NCBI GenBank assembly: GCA_947491545.1 | Contig: CANLJX010000003.1 | Coordinates: 1-61,339 of the forward strand | Reading direction: 5' to 3' | Source: Deltaproteobacteria bacterium | GTDB lineage: Bacteria > Bdellovibrionota_C > UBA2361 > OMII01 | Length of the DNA: 61,339 nucleotides | In this document: positions 10,172 through 20,803 of the stretch, in pieces | How the letters are laid out: each line of letters begins with the position of its first letter | Position numbering within the stretch: the first letter of the stretch is position 1 | Position numbers and translations under genes: made by a program | The notes under the pieces: model-generated | What the model saw: the letters and a program-made list of their open reading frames with translations, nothing else | What the model was told of the DNA's origin: nothing | Databases searched by the model: none

Positions 10172-11581
10172 TTACGCGGGTGGGGCCTGTTCGAGACGCT
10201 GCTCGCTGCCGCTGTTGGCGGAATAGAAGTTCTGGAACGTCTCGGCGGTTTGCAGGAACCGCGAGATGTTGACAGAGAAGGACGCCACAACGAAAACGGT
10301 GCAGAGCACCGCAACTATGTCTCGCCACTTGTTAGTCATAGAGAGTGCCGCGACCAGCGTCAGCGGTATGAGGAAGTGAGTTGCGTAGAGGAATGTGTCG
10401 TCCCCGTATTGCGAGTGAAGCACCCAGTTGAACCCGATAAAGCCGACTAGTGAGAGCGCAAATGCGCGGTGTTCGCGCGTAAGCGCAGCTGAGAGGAGGC
10501 CCATCGCAATGAGCGCCAGCCAGATGCTATGCATCCAACCGTCCGGACCGGAAATGACGTGTGGAACCCGGGGACTCTCGACCACAAGCTTATTCTCCTT
10601 CGGCTCCAGGCGCGGTTCTGGTAGGGGCGACACCATCGTGTAGAAAGTGATGTGTGTGAGAGTGTCTACGTTAAGCTGCTTGCGGGGCCCTAGTTCGCTC
10701 TGTACCCCAGAGTGCTTGGAGGGCCTTAGGCTGTAATAGAAAATCGGAGCCTCTATCGACCACTTGTTCTGCGCTATGGCGAGCCACGAAGCGGCCAGAA
10801 ATGTCACGGTAGAGAGCACCGCAAAATCTCGAAACCGCCGACAGAGGAATGTCGCGATGAGAGCGGCGAACCAGTTGCTGAGCGTAATTCCGATGGCAAA
10901 GAGCCCTGCGATAAACCAGGACATCGCGCCCGGAACTGTGCGCACTGTCACAACAAGCAGCAGAAGGACAGTGACCCCGGCGGTCTCAAAGGCTGAGGGG
11001 AATCCTTTAACAAAGATGGCCGCTGAAGAGAGCAGCGAAAACGCCACTAAGCCGGCGAAGTCTAGCTTCGTCCACCCTCGGCCCTCGGGCAACGGCTGGC
11101 TGGCCAGCAGGTAGAGGTACGCTAGACTTGCTCCGGCGAACGGGAAGGTTTCAGGGATCGACCACCAGAACATAAAGGTGCTGGAGGAGGCGAAGACCGC
11201 CACGATAAGCAGCGAGTGGCGTATGGCGAGACCGAGGTTGCGGCAGGTGAGATAGAGAAAGGCTCCGGTCGCAGAAGCGCTGGCGGCAACGAGAATCAGG
11301 CATGCCTGAAGGTCCGAGAAGGACAGCTCCATAAGCCCAAGCCCAAGTGGCATAAACATGATCATGAAGAGCGGGTGAACCCAGAGGCGACTCTGTTGCG
11401 CTGCCAGGTTGGTCATGTGGCCGACGACCCGGTTAATGTCGGAGCCGAAGAAGTTGTCATCCAGGCGCAGTGCTGCGAGCGGGATCATGGAGGCCAGATA
11501 GCCCGAGAAGATGGCGAGTGCAGCCGACACAACAGCGAGCGCTACCGTGTCACGCCAAGAATAGGAGAAGCCTCTGGGCAT
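10172..11581 (-). CDS. Polytopic inner-membrane protein (10 or more predicted TM segments), family not recognised; last gene of the glucan synthase strand block
   Basis: Hydrophobic helices run throughout. I prefer the ATG at 11581 (MPRGFSYSW...) to the track start at 11650. It lies 125 nt downstream of the cgs stop on the same strand. Confidence 0.7.
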   Translation of the reverse strand: MPRGFSYSWRDTVALAVVSAALAIFSGYLASMIPLAALRLDDNFFGSDINRVVGHMTNLAAQQSRLWVHPLFMIMFMPLGLGLMELSFSDLQACLILVAASASATGAFLYLTCRNLGLAIRHSLLIVAVFASSSTFMFWWSIPETFPFAGASLAYLYLLASQPLPEGRGWTKLDFAGLVAFSLLSSAAIFVKGFPSAFETAGVTVLLLLVVTVRTVPGAMSWFIAGLFAIGITLSNWFAALIATFLCRRFRDFAVLSTVTFLAASWLAIAQNKWSIEAPIFYYSLRPSKHSGVQSELGPRKQLNVDTLTHITFYTMVSPLPEPRLEPKENKLVVESPRVPHVISGPDGWMHSIWLALIAMGLLSAALTREHRAFALSLVGFIGFNWVLHSQYGDDTFLYATHFLIPLTLVAALSMTNKWRDIVAVLCTVFVVASFSVNISRFLQTAETFQNFYSANSGSEQRLEQAPPA

Positions 11582-11706
11582 CGTTGTAACTTCCGGCGAA
11601 TTAACTCTGTAGTCAGCGTAGTACCTTGATGCCCTCGGATTCGGGGGCAAGAGGTGCTGTAAGAGAAACCGTATCCCGGGAGCGCGGCTGTCGCCAGAGC
11701 CTCTTT

Positions 11707-14700
11707 TTACCCCATGCGCACCGTTACTGAGACCTCTGGTCCGTAGCTTGGGTCGTCAAACGGAACTGAGAGGCTCGGAACCGACACACCGTTGACCTCA
11801 AGTGAGGCAACGCCGCTCTCAAGCCTGGCTTCGTTTACGACCTGTACCTTAAAGGTTCGCCCTTTGTGTCGGTACGAGATGGCGAATTCACTCCAGCTGG
11901 CAGGGACGCATGGGCTCACGGTGAACGATCCTGGGCTAACCTTAAGGCCGATGATGTGCTCGACAGCCGCCTGGTAGAGCCATCCTGCCGAGCCTGTGTA
12001 CCAACTCCATCCGGCACGTCCCGCCAGGGACTTCTCCGAGTAGACATCACCGCACATAACGTAGGGCTCAGCCTGGTAGCGGGCAACTCCCGCGTCGTTC
12101 TGGGTGATGCGGGTAGGATTAATGAGGTCAAAGAGCTCGAAGGCCTCCGTGCCACGGCCCATCTGCGCTGCAGCGATAATCACCCAGGCTGCTGCATGGG
12201 TGTACTGCCCGCCGTTCTCGCGGATACCCGGCGGGTAGCCCTTGATGTAGCCAGGATTCTTCGCGGTCTTGTCGAAGGGTGGGGTGAGGAGCTTGATGAT
12301 AGAGGCATCACGATCGACGAGCCTATCGCGCACCGACTGCATCGCCTGGGCTTGGCGTGTTGCTTGCCCTGCCTTGCTGATCACTGCCCAGGACTGAGCC
12401 AGTGAGTCAATCACGCACTCGTCACACTCGGCGCTGCCCAGTGGAGCGCCATCGTCGTAGTAGGCGCGGCGGTACCACGCGCCGTCCCAGCCGTGCTCCT
12501 CTACAGCTGTCTTAAGCGATGCAGCATGGGCCCTGAGCTGAGAAGCGCGGTCGTTGTTGCCCTGTGTCTCCAGGATCGAGGCGAAACGGTTAATAACGTC
12601 TATCTGGAACCAGGCAAGCCAAACGCTCTCGCCGCGGCCGTGTCGTCCGACTTCATTCATGCCGTCGTTCCAGTCTCCGGCGCCAATGAGCGGAAGCCCG
12701 TGGGCACCAACCGCTGAAGTCACCTGGAAGGTGCGGAGGCAGTGGTCAAGGATCGAGCCCTGTGGGCCATTGAGGTCAGGCACGAAGTACGCCTCCATCT
12801 GGCCTTCGTTGAGCGCCGCGCCCTGCAGGAACGGCACGGTCTCAGAGAGAATCGTGTAGTCACCAGTAGTCTCGATGTAGCGGCTGACAGCGTACGGCAG
12901 CCAGAGCAGGTCGTCTGAAATGCGCGTTCTGACGCCACGACCAGTCGGCGGGTGCCACCAATGCTGCACGTCACCTTCGGTGAATTGGTGCGCTGCGTGC
13001 AGCAGGATCTGTGCTCTGGCCATCTCGGGCCGGATCGGGAGCAGAGCTAGCGAATCCTGGAGCTGGTCGCGGAACCCAAGTGCCCCGCCGCTCTGGTAGA
13101 AGGCAGAGCGTCCCATGATGCGGCAAGAAATGGTCTGGTACAGCAGCCATCCATTGACCATCACGTCGAAGGATTCACTCGGTGTGCGGACTGAGATGGA
13201 GGAGAGCAGGTCGCTCCACCACTCTTCCACGCGCAGCTGCTCTGCGCGCTGCATCTGGGCGGAGGAGTGGCGGGGTGCGTCTCGGCGCATGTCATCAACG
13301 GAGCGGTGCTCTGCAAGGAAGAAGGAAAGGGTTCGCTCTTCTTTCGGCTTTAGTGTCACGGATACCTGGAGCACCGCGCACGGGTCAAACCCGGCGCCCG
13401 TCTTGCCGCTCAGCTTGATTGGCTTAGCCTTTGCCGGGAAGAAAGGCACAGCGGCGGATTTCTCAAGCACCACCGGCCGGCTCAGGTCGCCGTTTCGGCC
13501 GAGGAACTCAAGGCGAGAAGCAGTAAACCCAGTAATTGGCTCGCTAGCGCCAACAGCAACAACTCGCCCCGCGAACTCGTTGTTGTAGTGGTTCACTGCA
13601 CACAGGGCTTGAGCTGTGCGGTCAAAGCTCGTTGAGATAAAGCGGTACGTGTCCTCCCGAGTGACTCCTAAAACGAGATCGCAGTAGAAGTAGAGATCGA
13701 GCTTCTGCTCGGTAGTCTCAAGGTTAGAGAGGGTCACGGCGTGCCACTTGACGTGCTCGTTGGTTGAGCCGCTGAGCGTCAAGCGAGACTCGATTCCGTG
13801 GTTCGTCGTGGTAAATGTGGAGGAGCCAAAGCCGTGCTCTACAGAGTACTGCAGCCCGTCACCGCGAGGAGCAGGGGTAAGGGACCAGTAGTCACCACTC
13901 TCGGTTCGGCGCAAGAACACAGCTTCACTGGGAGGATCGAGGACTGGGTCGTTGCTCCACGACGTGAGCCGATTTTCGCGGCTATTTTCAGACCAGGTGT
14001 AGCCACCCCCTGATTCCGTCACGATAAAGCCAAAACCAGGGTTCGCCACCACGTTCGACCATGGGAGCGGCGGCCGCGACGAGCCCACCGACGGGAGGAG
14101 ATAGTGTCCGGTTGATGGAGAAAATCCCCCGAGGGTGTTGCGAAGAATCGTTGGAGGTTTCTGCAGTGTGGGTCCGGGAGCGCGCTTGAGCACCACTGGT
14201 GCAGCGTGTTCGACAGTTTGATCAAAGGCGCTCGACTTCACTGTCTCTGCGAGACCGCCGACATCGGCATCGATAACGACGCGTGCCACCGTCTCAAGCA
14301 GTGCAGCCTCCTGGTCGGAGATCTGGCTGGACGAGCGGAGAAACACCCCTCCCGGCCTATCGAGCAGCGCCCCAGCGGGGCTGGAGCGGACTAGGTAGTC
14401 GAGGTCCTCCGCAAGCTGCTGCATGTAGGTGCCCGGATTCTTGTGCAGCACCACCAGGTCGAATTCAATCCCTCGTTCACGCAAGAAGTGGTGAGCGAGC
14501 AGGATCTCCTGCATCGTTTTGCCCTGCCGCGAGTCGGTAATTTTGAGTAGCACGACCGGCAGGTCTCCCGAGATGCCGAAGCGCCACAGGGCTGATTGGC
14601 TCAGCGTGTTTGAAGCGAGGGTCTCTGGGTCGCCACGCACGGAGACCTCGTTGTAGAGCAGGCACCCGGCTAGGCGGTGGAAGAGGTCAGCTTGGGAAGC

Positions 14701-17700
14701 AGTGTAGGCGTGGCTACGCAGCTCTACCTGTGCACGGCTCCACGAGAGCTCAAAGGCCCGGTTAACGTGCAGAAGCTCCTGGTACCGTTCAATCAGGCTG
14801 CACGCCTCTTTTCGAGAACGGGCCGCGCCGCTGACGAAAACCAACGTTTCGCTCATTCCCGGCTCAAGTCGCACCTTGCATCCAAGCGACACGAGAGGAT
14901 CGATGCTGCTCTCAGCCGGACGTCCTGCCACCGGCTCAGCCGAGAGCACGTTCGGCTCCGCGAGCGAGCCGCCGCGCCCTATGAAGTCGGCGCGCGAGGT
15001 GAAAAACCTGATCGGTGCATAGCTCGTTCTAAGGGTAACTCGGTGGAAGAAGAAGATCTCTCGCTCTGACTCAGTACGCGGGCGGCGTGAACACAGAATG
15101 GCGTCTGAGTCCTTGAGCGCCTCTACGCCCACAAAGAGCTTGCTGAACGCTGGGTGGGCAGCATCAGCACGGCGGCTGACGAGGACAGGCTCCATGTAGC
15201 TAACAACATCGAGCTCTCGCTCGCTGTCACCGAGGTTAGTGACCGTGATGCGGCGCAATTCGACATCGTCTTCCGGCGCTACCGTGATCTCGGTGTGCAT
15301 GAAGATTTTGTCGTCGAACCGCTTAAACTCAGCGCGGCCAGGGCTGAAGATAGACTCGTACGAGGTCGGAGCAGCTTTTGTCGGCTGGTACGCGGCTGAC
15401 CATGTTTTCTTCTTCTTTGGATCATGGACGTAGACAAACGAGCCAGAAGAGGTCGTTGTTGGGTCCTCGCGCCAACGGGTCAGCATGATGTTCTTGTCGA
15501 AGCTGCTGAATCCGCCACCGGAGGAGTCGATGACTACTGAGTATTGGCCGTTTGAAAGGACACGCACACGCGGTGCCTGGGTGTGGGGCGACGTAACCAC
15601 CTCAAGACCCGGACTCTCAAGCTGCTCCTCTTCCTCGCGCTGGACCGCATTGAGCTCCGGCTCATGCGGGACGATCGTTGAAACCCTATCAGGGAAGCGC
15701 TCGTGCAGCAGCAGCTCGGCGGACTTCACCAGCGGCTGAGAGTGGAAGCGGTCGCACATAACGCGGTCGTTGAGCGTGTTGTTGATGCTCACGAGTGACA
15801 TGCCCTGGTGGTGCGCGAAGAATGACTGAACGACGTGCTTCCCTTCTGCTGCGAGGCGCCTGCTGCGCGTGTAGTCTACCGCCTCAAAGAAGCCGTAGCG
15901 GCCGCGGCCGCCCTCGCTCTCGAGTGTGCGCAGGTTTTCAGTGGCGATGTCGAGCGTTGGCGCGAACGGCAGGGCCAGGAAGGTGGAGTAGGGTGAGACC
16001 ACCAGGTCTTCGGAAAGGCCACGCTTGAGGCCGAGCCCCGGCACCCCGAACGCCCGGTACTGGTAGGTCTTTTCAAAGTCGACGCCGCTGTAGGCGGATT
16101 CAGAGATGCCCCACGGCACACCCTGGCGGCTTCCATAGCTCATCTGGGCACCTACGACCGCTCGCGCGGTGCGACCGAGGATTGTGGTAGGGAAGTCGTG
16201 CATCACGATAAACGGCATTAGGTACTCGAACATCGTGCCGCTCCACGAGATGAGCGCCTTGCCGCCAGCAGTCGAGGTGAGGGACCTGCCGAGTGAGAAC
16301 CAGTGCTTCTGTGGCACCTCGCCCCTGGCAACCGCCAAGAAGCTCACGAGACGAGCCTCTGAGGCGAGGAGGTCGTAGAAGCTTGCGTCCCGACGCGCGT
16401 GCTCGGCGTTAAAGCCGATCGTGAAGAGTGCGCGCCCCTCGTCGTAAAGAAATGAGAAGTCCATCTGCTCAACGAGCTTCGTGAGCATCGAGGACATTTG
16501 CGCCGAAGTCTGCTCAAGAGCAACGAGCGTGTCGCGGGCATGCTCAAGGCCGGATGCCAACATTTCGAGAATCGCTTGTGCCTGCGAGTCAGAGACCACA
16601 CAACGAGCAGGAGCGATGAGAGGGTGGACCTCTTCGATTGCAGCAAGAAGATTCGGTGGCGTAAGGGAAGATGACGACAATCTTCCAAACACCTCGAAAC
16701 TCTTCGTCACGAGCTGTTCAAATGGGCTGCCCTCGCCGTCGTGCCGCAGTTCGATGCTTCGGCCGAGGGCAACGATCTCTTGCAGCGGTGTTAGCCACCC
16801 GACAACGTCAGCGGCAGCCGACATCTGGTCGAGCAAGCTCGCAGCTCGATTGAGAGCTGGGCAGGCGGTTACGCTCGCTTCTGTGCACTCTTCAAGGGCA
16901 TCTCGAACTACGCTTCCCTTGGCGAAGAGAGTCAGCAGCCAAGCTACCGAATCGCCATGGTGCTGCGAGGAGAGAGTGTTCTTGAGGGCCCGAATTTCTG
17001 TCCGTGCTGGCTCAGGCAGGCCATTGTTCGCTTCGAGGGCGGCCTGAAGCTTCTCAATCGCGGCCAGCCGGTGATGGTGTGTGATAATTGGGGTCGTTGA
17101 CGAGCGCTCCAGGATGGCCAGCATCGTGTAGAAGTGCCCCAGCATGTTTCCGCTATCGACAGTTGATATGTAGCGCGGGCTGAGCGGAGCGAGGTCCCGA
17201 ATGGCGTACCAGTTGTAGAGGTGCCCTCGGTACTTGTCCATGCGCTCGATCGTTTCGAGGGTCTTTGAAGAGCGGATGATGGCGTGGTGAAACGGGATAA
17301 ATCCGAGGTCGTAGGCCGAAACAACGCTCAGCATCGAGAGCGATATGTTGGTCGGAGAGGTTCTCTCGGCAACGACTTCAGACGGAACGATCTGAAGGTT
17401 GTCCGGCATGAGGTGGTTGTACTCATCCCGTAGGTACTCATTAAAGAATGACCAGGTGTCGAAGGCAGCGGTGCGCAGGTAGCGGCGGTTGCTCTCTGTG
17501 ACTTGCTGCACTACATCTTCGGACGGTCTCGAAACCTGGGCCGCTAGTGTGGGCGAGGCGAGCCAGACTAAGACCATGGGCACCGAGAAGAAGAGCGAAG
17601 AGTGGTCGTAGTACGCCGCAATCCCTAGCGCTGCGAACACGACAGACATGACAGGGATAAACAGCCGCAGGAAGTCGCGAATTTCGTTCCTTGTCCGGCG

Positions 17701-20583
17701 CTCTGAGCGTTCTGCTGGCTCCCACTCAAGAAGGTGTTTCTTGCTCACGAAAACGCGGTAGAGCGTCAAGCCGATAGCGTGCAGCATCAGCCCCGCTTGG
17801 TGCGGCAAGAACGCGACAGCGCAAACTGCCCGGAGAAAGTTGCGCCATAGGTCACGCCCAATATCGCCCAAGAAGCCGCCAATCGAGATTCCGACGCTCG
17901 GCAAGGCGAAGACGCTCGCTAGCCCCGTGAACACTGGGAACGAGATGACGAGCAGCACCAGGACCGTCCACACGAGCGGTCCACCCGGAAGGAAGAGCCA
18001 GCCTGCAATGAGCGCCAAGAGCGAAGCGGGCGGCAGGAGGCTGCGGCGGAGGTTGTCAAACATCTTCCAGCGAGATAGCCAGGTGAGGTGGTTCTTCTCG
18101 CGCCCCGTTCGGGTCGGAACAGTCAGTCCAAGCCACGGCAAGAGCTGCCAGTCTCCACGTACCCAGCGATGCAGGCGCTTTGAGTACGCCATGTAGCGCG
18201 AGGGGAAGTCGTCGTACAGCTCGATGTCAGAGGCGAGCGCAACACGGGCGAAGGACCCCTCGAAGAGGTCGTGGCTGAGCAGAGAGTTCTCTGGCACGCG
18301 ATTTCGGAGCACATGCTCGAAGGCGTGCACGTCGTAGATTCCCTTGCCCCAGAACGAGCCCTCTCCGAAGAGGTCTTGGTAAACCTCTGAGACGACGTTG
18401 GTGTATGGGTCGAGCCCGGCCTGGCCGCTAAACAGGCGAGAGAAGAACGAGTTCGTCGCTGAAGTCAACGAGATCGTCACGCGGGGCTGAATAAAGGCGT
18501 ACCCTTTCACTACTCGATTCACGGCCGGATCGATGATGGGGCGATTCATCGGATGCGAGATCGTGGCGATGAGTTTCTTGGCCACGTCTCGGGAGAGCTG
18601 AGAATCGCTGTCGAGGGTGATGACGTACTTCACGCCTTTGAGGCGTGACTCGTCGCCGACGATCAGCTTGAGCGACGTGTCTTCTTCGCCGAGCAGATAG
18701 CGGTTTAGCTCTTCGAGCTTGCCGCGCTTCCTCTCCCACGCCATCCAGACGCCTTCTCCCGGGTTCCACATGCGGGTGCGGAAGAAGAGGGCAAAGGGCT
18801 TCTCTTTGTTGCGGCTGTGGCGCTGGTTAAGAACCTCGATCTGTTCCGCTGCGACCGATATGATCTGCTGGTCGCCAGGCGCCTCCTCGGAGCGCGCATC
18901 CGGCAGGTCCGCCATGAGCACAAACGTGAAAGAAGGGTCGTCGTTTGCGAGGAAACGCACTTCGAGACCGTCGATCGCGCGCTGAATAGAAGCCGCTGAG
19001 CTAAAGATTGTGTGAACAACAACGATCGACTTGTGTTCGGGCGCCACCGCGCCATCGGAGTTAAGCTTCGGCAGGGGTTTCGGGGTGACCCAACGAGAGA
19101 CGAGGTACTGGACGAGGCTCGATGCAAGCTCAGAGACTGGCAGCACGGCGAGCAGCATCGTGCAGACGAACTCCCAGAATCCGATCTCGGCCCACTCAGA
19201 CAGGAGCACGACGTAACCGACAAGCAGGACCGAGACCAGGGTAATTGAACCGAGGTACGTTCGCAGAGCGTGGCGAGAGACCCAGCGTTGCCCTAGCTGC
19301 GCAAGCGACGGCTCGTAGTTGAGCGCACGCTCAAGCTCCTCGCGCTCATCACCCAGCAGGAAGTTGCCGACGTGCTTCTTGACCAACGACTGGTCATCCG
19401 ATCCAGTCGCTTCTTTCGCCGCACGATCAGCGCACTGTAGTGCCACGGCTGCGATAGCCGAGTCGGACATCTTGTTCCGTTTCGAGATTAGCTCTATCTC
19501 GTGCCGAATTGCGTCCCTGGTGGGGAAGTCGCTGCGTGGATAGAGGCCGGAAGGGTCTTTGCGCAGCACCCTGTCGGCGAGGCTGATGCTCTCGAACCAG
19601 TCGCGCCAGTTCATCTGGTCGATAGCCGTCAGGGAGGTCAGCGTGTTGCCGACCGAGATCTGTCGGGCTGCTTGGTTGTGGTCCTCGGCTCGCAGCAGAT
19701 CCTCAGGATCGAGCCCGCGTTCTCGTAGGGTCTCTTCGAGGAACTGCAGGGCCATGAACGCTTTGCGGCCTCGACCACGCAGCCGTTTGAGGAGCTCAAG
19801 CGCCCCGTGCGGCAGGAAGCTCTCGCGCTCACTGAGCCGCTTGAGCGGGTCGAACATAATTTGGGTGATCTCTGTGCCTGTTCGGGAGTCGTCCCCAAGC
19901 ACTTCGTCAACGAGCCTGAAGGCATCACGCCGAGCGATTAGCTCCTTCTCTGCTTCACGCATGAGACGGCGCAGGTTCTCAAGCAGCGCGAAGCGCAGCA
20001 TGATCGGAAATGCCCACAGTTCACCCGATGAGAGTTCGAGCTTCTCTTGGTAGGCACTGAGGAAGACCGCTGCAAGCTGGGGATCGAGGGCAGCGTCCGT
20101 GTGAATAATAAACTCAAGAGCGAGTTGGTAAATGCGCGGGAAGCCCTTGAAGTCACCCTGCCGGACCATCGGCAGCGTTTTGTAAAAGCCCCATGGCAGG
20201 TACTTCTTGATCGCCGCCGCATGCCGCTCAACAACGTGGTAGTTGTCGAGCAGCCACTCGGAGCCCGCGGTCAGAGGCTCTCCCTTGTGGGCTGCGTCGA
20301 CGAGGCCGAGGTACACGCGCCGTAGCGTCTCGCGGTTTGCCCGGTAGCTGTAGATAAGGCGCTTAGAGCGGAGCGGCCCGCAGCTCGCGGCGTGTTGCGT
20401 AGCGATCCCCTGGGCAAGGTCGATCAGGGCCTCGCGCGAAAAGACCTGCGGCCGCCACGGCGTGTCAGGCAATGCGTCAGATTGCTGCGTGCCGAATCGT
20501 ATCCCGATGAATGATAGCGGAGCCCGAACGAAGCGGCTGCGGAAGGGCGCAATCAGGAAGAGGAAGGGGTTAGTCACCGTCAC
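11707..20583 (-). CDS. ndvB: Cyclic beta-1,2-glucan synthase (NdvB/ChvB/Cgs type), 2958 aa
   Basis: Size and architecture fit: N-terminal SEWLLDNYHVVERH region, TM segments, and a GT core with ITLDSDSQL, AWERKRGKLEELNRYL and HRWVRGDWQLLPW. The C-terminal GH94 phosphorylase-like module has GAGDWNDGMN and ENGGQYTHAAAW. The start is GTG. Confidence 0.93.
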   Translation of the reverse strand: MTVTNPFLFLIAPFRSRFVRAPLSFIGIRFGTQQSDALPDTPWRPQVFSREALIDLAQGIATQHAASCGPLRSKRLIYSYRANRETLRRVYLGLVDAAHKGEPLTAGSEWLLDNYHVVERHAAAIKKYLPWGFYKTLPMVRQGDFKGFPRIYQLALEFIIHTDAALDPQLAAVFLSAYQEKLELSSGELWAFPIMLRFALLENLRRLMREAEKELIARRDAFRLVDEVLGDDSRTGTEITQIMFDPLKRLSERESFLPHGALELLKRLRGRGRKAFMALQFLEETLRERGLDPEDLLRAEDHNQAARQISVGNTLTSLTAIDQMNWRDWFESISLADRVLRKDPSGLYPRSDFPTRDAIRHEIELISKRNKMSDSAIAAVALQCADRAAKEATGSDDQSLVKKHVGNFLLGDEREELERALNYEPSLAQLGQRWVSRHALRTYLGSITLVSVLLVGYVVLLSEWAEIGFWEFVCTMLLAVLPVSELASSLVQYLVSRWVTPKPLPKLNSDGAVAPEHKSIVVVHTIFSSAASIQRAIDGLEVRFLANDDPSFTFVLMADLPDARSEEAPGDQQIISVAAEQIEVLNQRHSRNKEKPFALFFRTRMWNPGEGVWMAWERKRGKLEELNRYLLGEEDTSLKLIVGDESRLKGVKYVITLDSDSQLSRDVAKKLIATISHPMNRPIIDPAVNRVVKGYAFIQPRVTISLTSATNSFFSRLFSGQAGLDPYTNVVSEVYQDLFGEGSFWGKGIYDVHAFEHVLRNRVPENSLLSHDLFEGSFARVALASDIELYDDFPSRYMAYSKRLHRWVRGDWQLLPWLGLTVPTRTGREKNHLTWLSRWKMFDNLRRSLLPPASLLALIAGWLFLPGGPLVWTVLVLLVISFPVFTGLASVFALPSVGISIGGFLGDIGRDLWRNFLRAVCAVAFLPHQAGLMLHAIGLTLYRVFVSKKHLLEWEPAERSERRTRNEIRDFLRLFIPVMSVVFAALGIAAYYDHSSLFFSVPMVLVWLASPTLAAQVSRPSEDVVQQVTESNRRYLRTAAFDTWSFFNEYLRDEYNHLMPDNLQIVPSEVVAERTSPTNISLSMLSVVSAYDLGFIPFHHAIIRSSKTLETIERMDKYRGHLYNWYAIRDLAPLSPRYISTVDSGNMLGHFYTMLAILERSSTTPIITHHHRLAAIEKLQAALEANNGLPEPARTEIRALKNTLSSQHHGDSVAWLLTLFAKGSVVRDALEECTEASVTACPALNRAASLLDQMSAAADVVGWLTPLQEIVALGRSIELRHDGEGSPFEQLVTKSFEVFGRLSSSSLTPPNLLAAIEEVHPLIAPARCVVSDSQAQAILEMLASGLEHARDTLVALEQTSAQMSSMLTKLVEQMDFSFLYDEGRALFTIGFNAEHARRDASFYDLLASEARLVSFLAVARGEVPQKHWFSLGRSLTSTAGGKALISWSGTMFEYLMPFIVMHDFPTTILGRTARAVVGAQMSYGSRQGVPWGISESAYSGVDFEKTYQYRAFGVPGLGLKRGLSEDLVVSPYSTFLALPFAPTLDIATENLRTLESEGGRGRYGFFEAVDYTRSRRLAAEGKHVVQSFFAHHQGMSLVSINNTLNDRVMCDRFHSQPLVKSAELLLHERFPDRVSTIVPHEPELNAVQREEEEQLESPGLEVVTSPHTQAPRVRVLSNGQYSVVIDSSGGGFSSFDKNIMLTRWREDPTTTSSGSFVYVHDPKKKKTWSAAYQPTKAAPTSYESIFSPGRAEFKRFDDKIFMHTEITVAPEDDVELRRITVTNLGDSERELDVVSYMEPVLVSRRADAAHPAFSKLFVGVEALKDSDAILCSRRPRTESEREIFFFHRVTLRTSYAPIRFFTSRADFIGRGGSLAEPNVLSAEPVAGRPAESSIDPLVSLGCKVRLEPGMSETLVFVSGAARSRKEACSLIERYQELLHVNRAFELSWSRAQVELRSHAYTASQADLFHRLAGCLLYNEVSVRGDPETLASNTLSQSALWRFGISGDLPVVLLKITDSRQGKTMQEILLAHHFLRERGIEFDLVVLHKNPGTYMQQLAEDLDYLVRSSPAGALLDRPGGVFLRSSSQISDQEAALLETVARVVIDADVGGLAETVKSSAFDQTVEHAAPVVLKRAPGPTLQKPPTILRNTLGGFSPSTGHYLLPSVGSSRPPLPWSNVVANPGFGFIVTESGGGYTWSENSRENRLTSWSNDPVLDPPSEAVFLRRTESGDYWSLTPAPRGDGLQYSVEHGFGSSTFTTTNHGIESRLTLSGSTNEHVKWHAVTLSNLETTEQKLDLYFYCDLVLGVTREDTYRFISTSFDRTAQALCAVNHYNNEFAGRVVAVGASEPITGFTASRLEFLGRNGDLSRPVVLEKSAAVPFFPAKAKPIKLSGKTGAGFDPCAVLQVSVTLKPKEERTLSFFLAEHRSVDDMRRDAPRHSSAQMQRAEQLRVEEWWSDLLSSISVRTPSESFDVMVNGWLLYQTISCRIMGRSAFYQSGGALGFRDQLQDSLALLPIRPEMARAQILLHAAHQFTEGDVQHWWHPPTGRGVRTRISDDLLWLPYAVSRYIETTGDYTILSETVPFLQGAALNEGQMEAYFVPDLNGPQGSILDHCLRTFQVTSAVGAHGLPLIGAGDWNDGMNEVGRHGRGESVWLAWFQIDVINRFASILETQGNNDRASQLRAHAASLKTAVEEHGWDGAWYRRAYYDDGAPLGSAECDECVIDSLAQSWAVISKAGQATRQAQAMQSVRDRLVDRDASIIKLLTPPFDKTAKNPGYIKGYPPGIRENGGQYTHAAAWVIIAAAQMGRGTEAFELFDLINPTRITQNDAGVARYQAEPYVMCGDVYSEKSLAGRAGWSWYTGSAGWLYQAAVEHIIGLKVSPGSFTVSPCVPASWSEFAISYRHKGRTFKVQVVNEARLESGVASLEVNGVSVPSLSVPFDDPSYGPEVSVTVRMG

Positions 20584-20803
20584 GATTCCGCACAGAGAGA
20601 TCGATCGGGGGCGTTATGCAAAAGCGGCTTAATAGCCGCTTGGACAGCACGCCCCTTGCCGGCGTAAGTATAGACAAGCACGAGGCATTTAGTCGACCCC
20701 GAGGGCCATTTTTTGGGGTGAAATAGTGCTGATTCCCCGGTCTGGGGATAAAAACAATCGGTCGAGGCCGCTTTTCTCGCTCCTAGGTCGCTGGCAGCCC
20801 CAG

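Noticed and set aside
11792-20325. Dozens of 60-190-aa track ORFs inside and antisense to the 2958-aa synthase gene
   Set aside because: All are nested in a continuous, motif-rich CDS. They have the Arg/Ser/Pro-rich composition typical of off-frame GC-rich DNA.
20623-20640. Hairpin agcggct-taat-agccgct about 40 nt upstream of the cgs start, as a terminator or attenuator on the minus strand
   Set aside because: The stem is only 7 bp and is followed by just three T residues on the minus strand. The evidence is insufficient.
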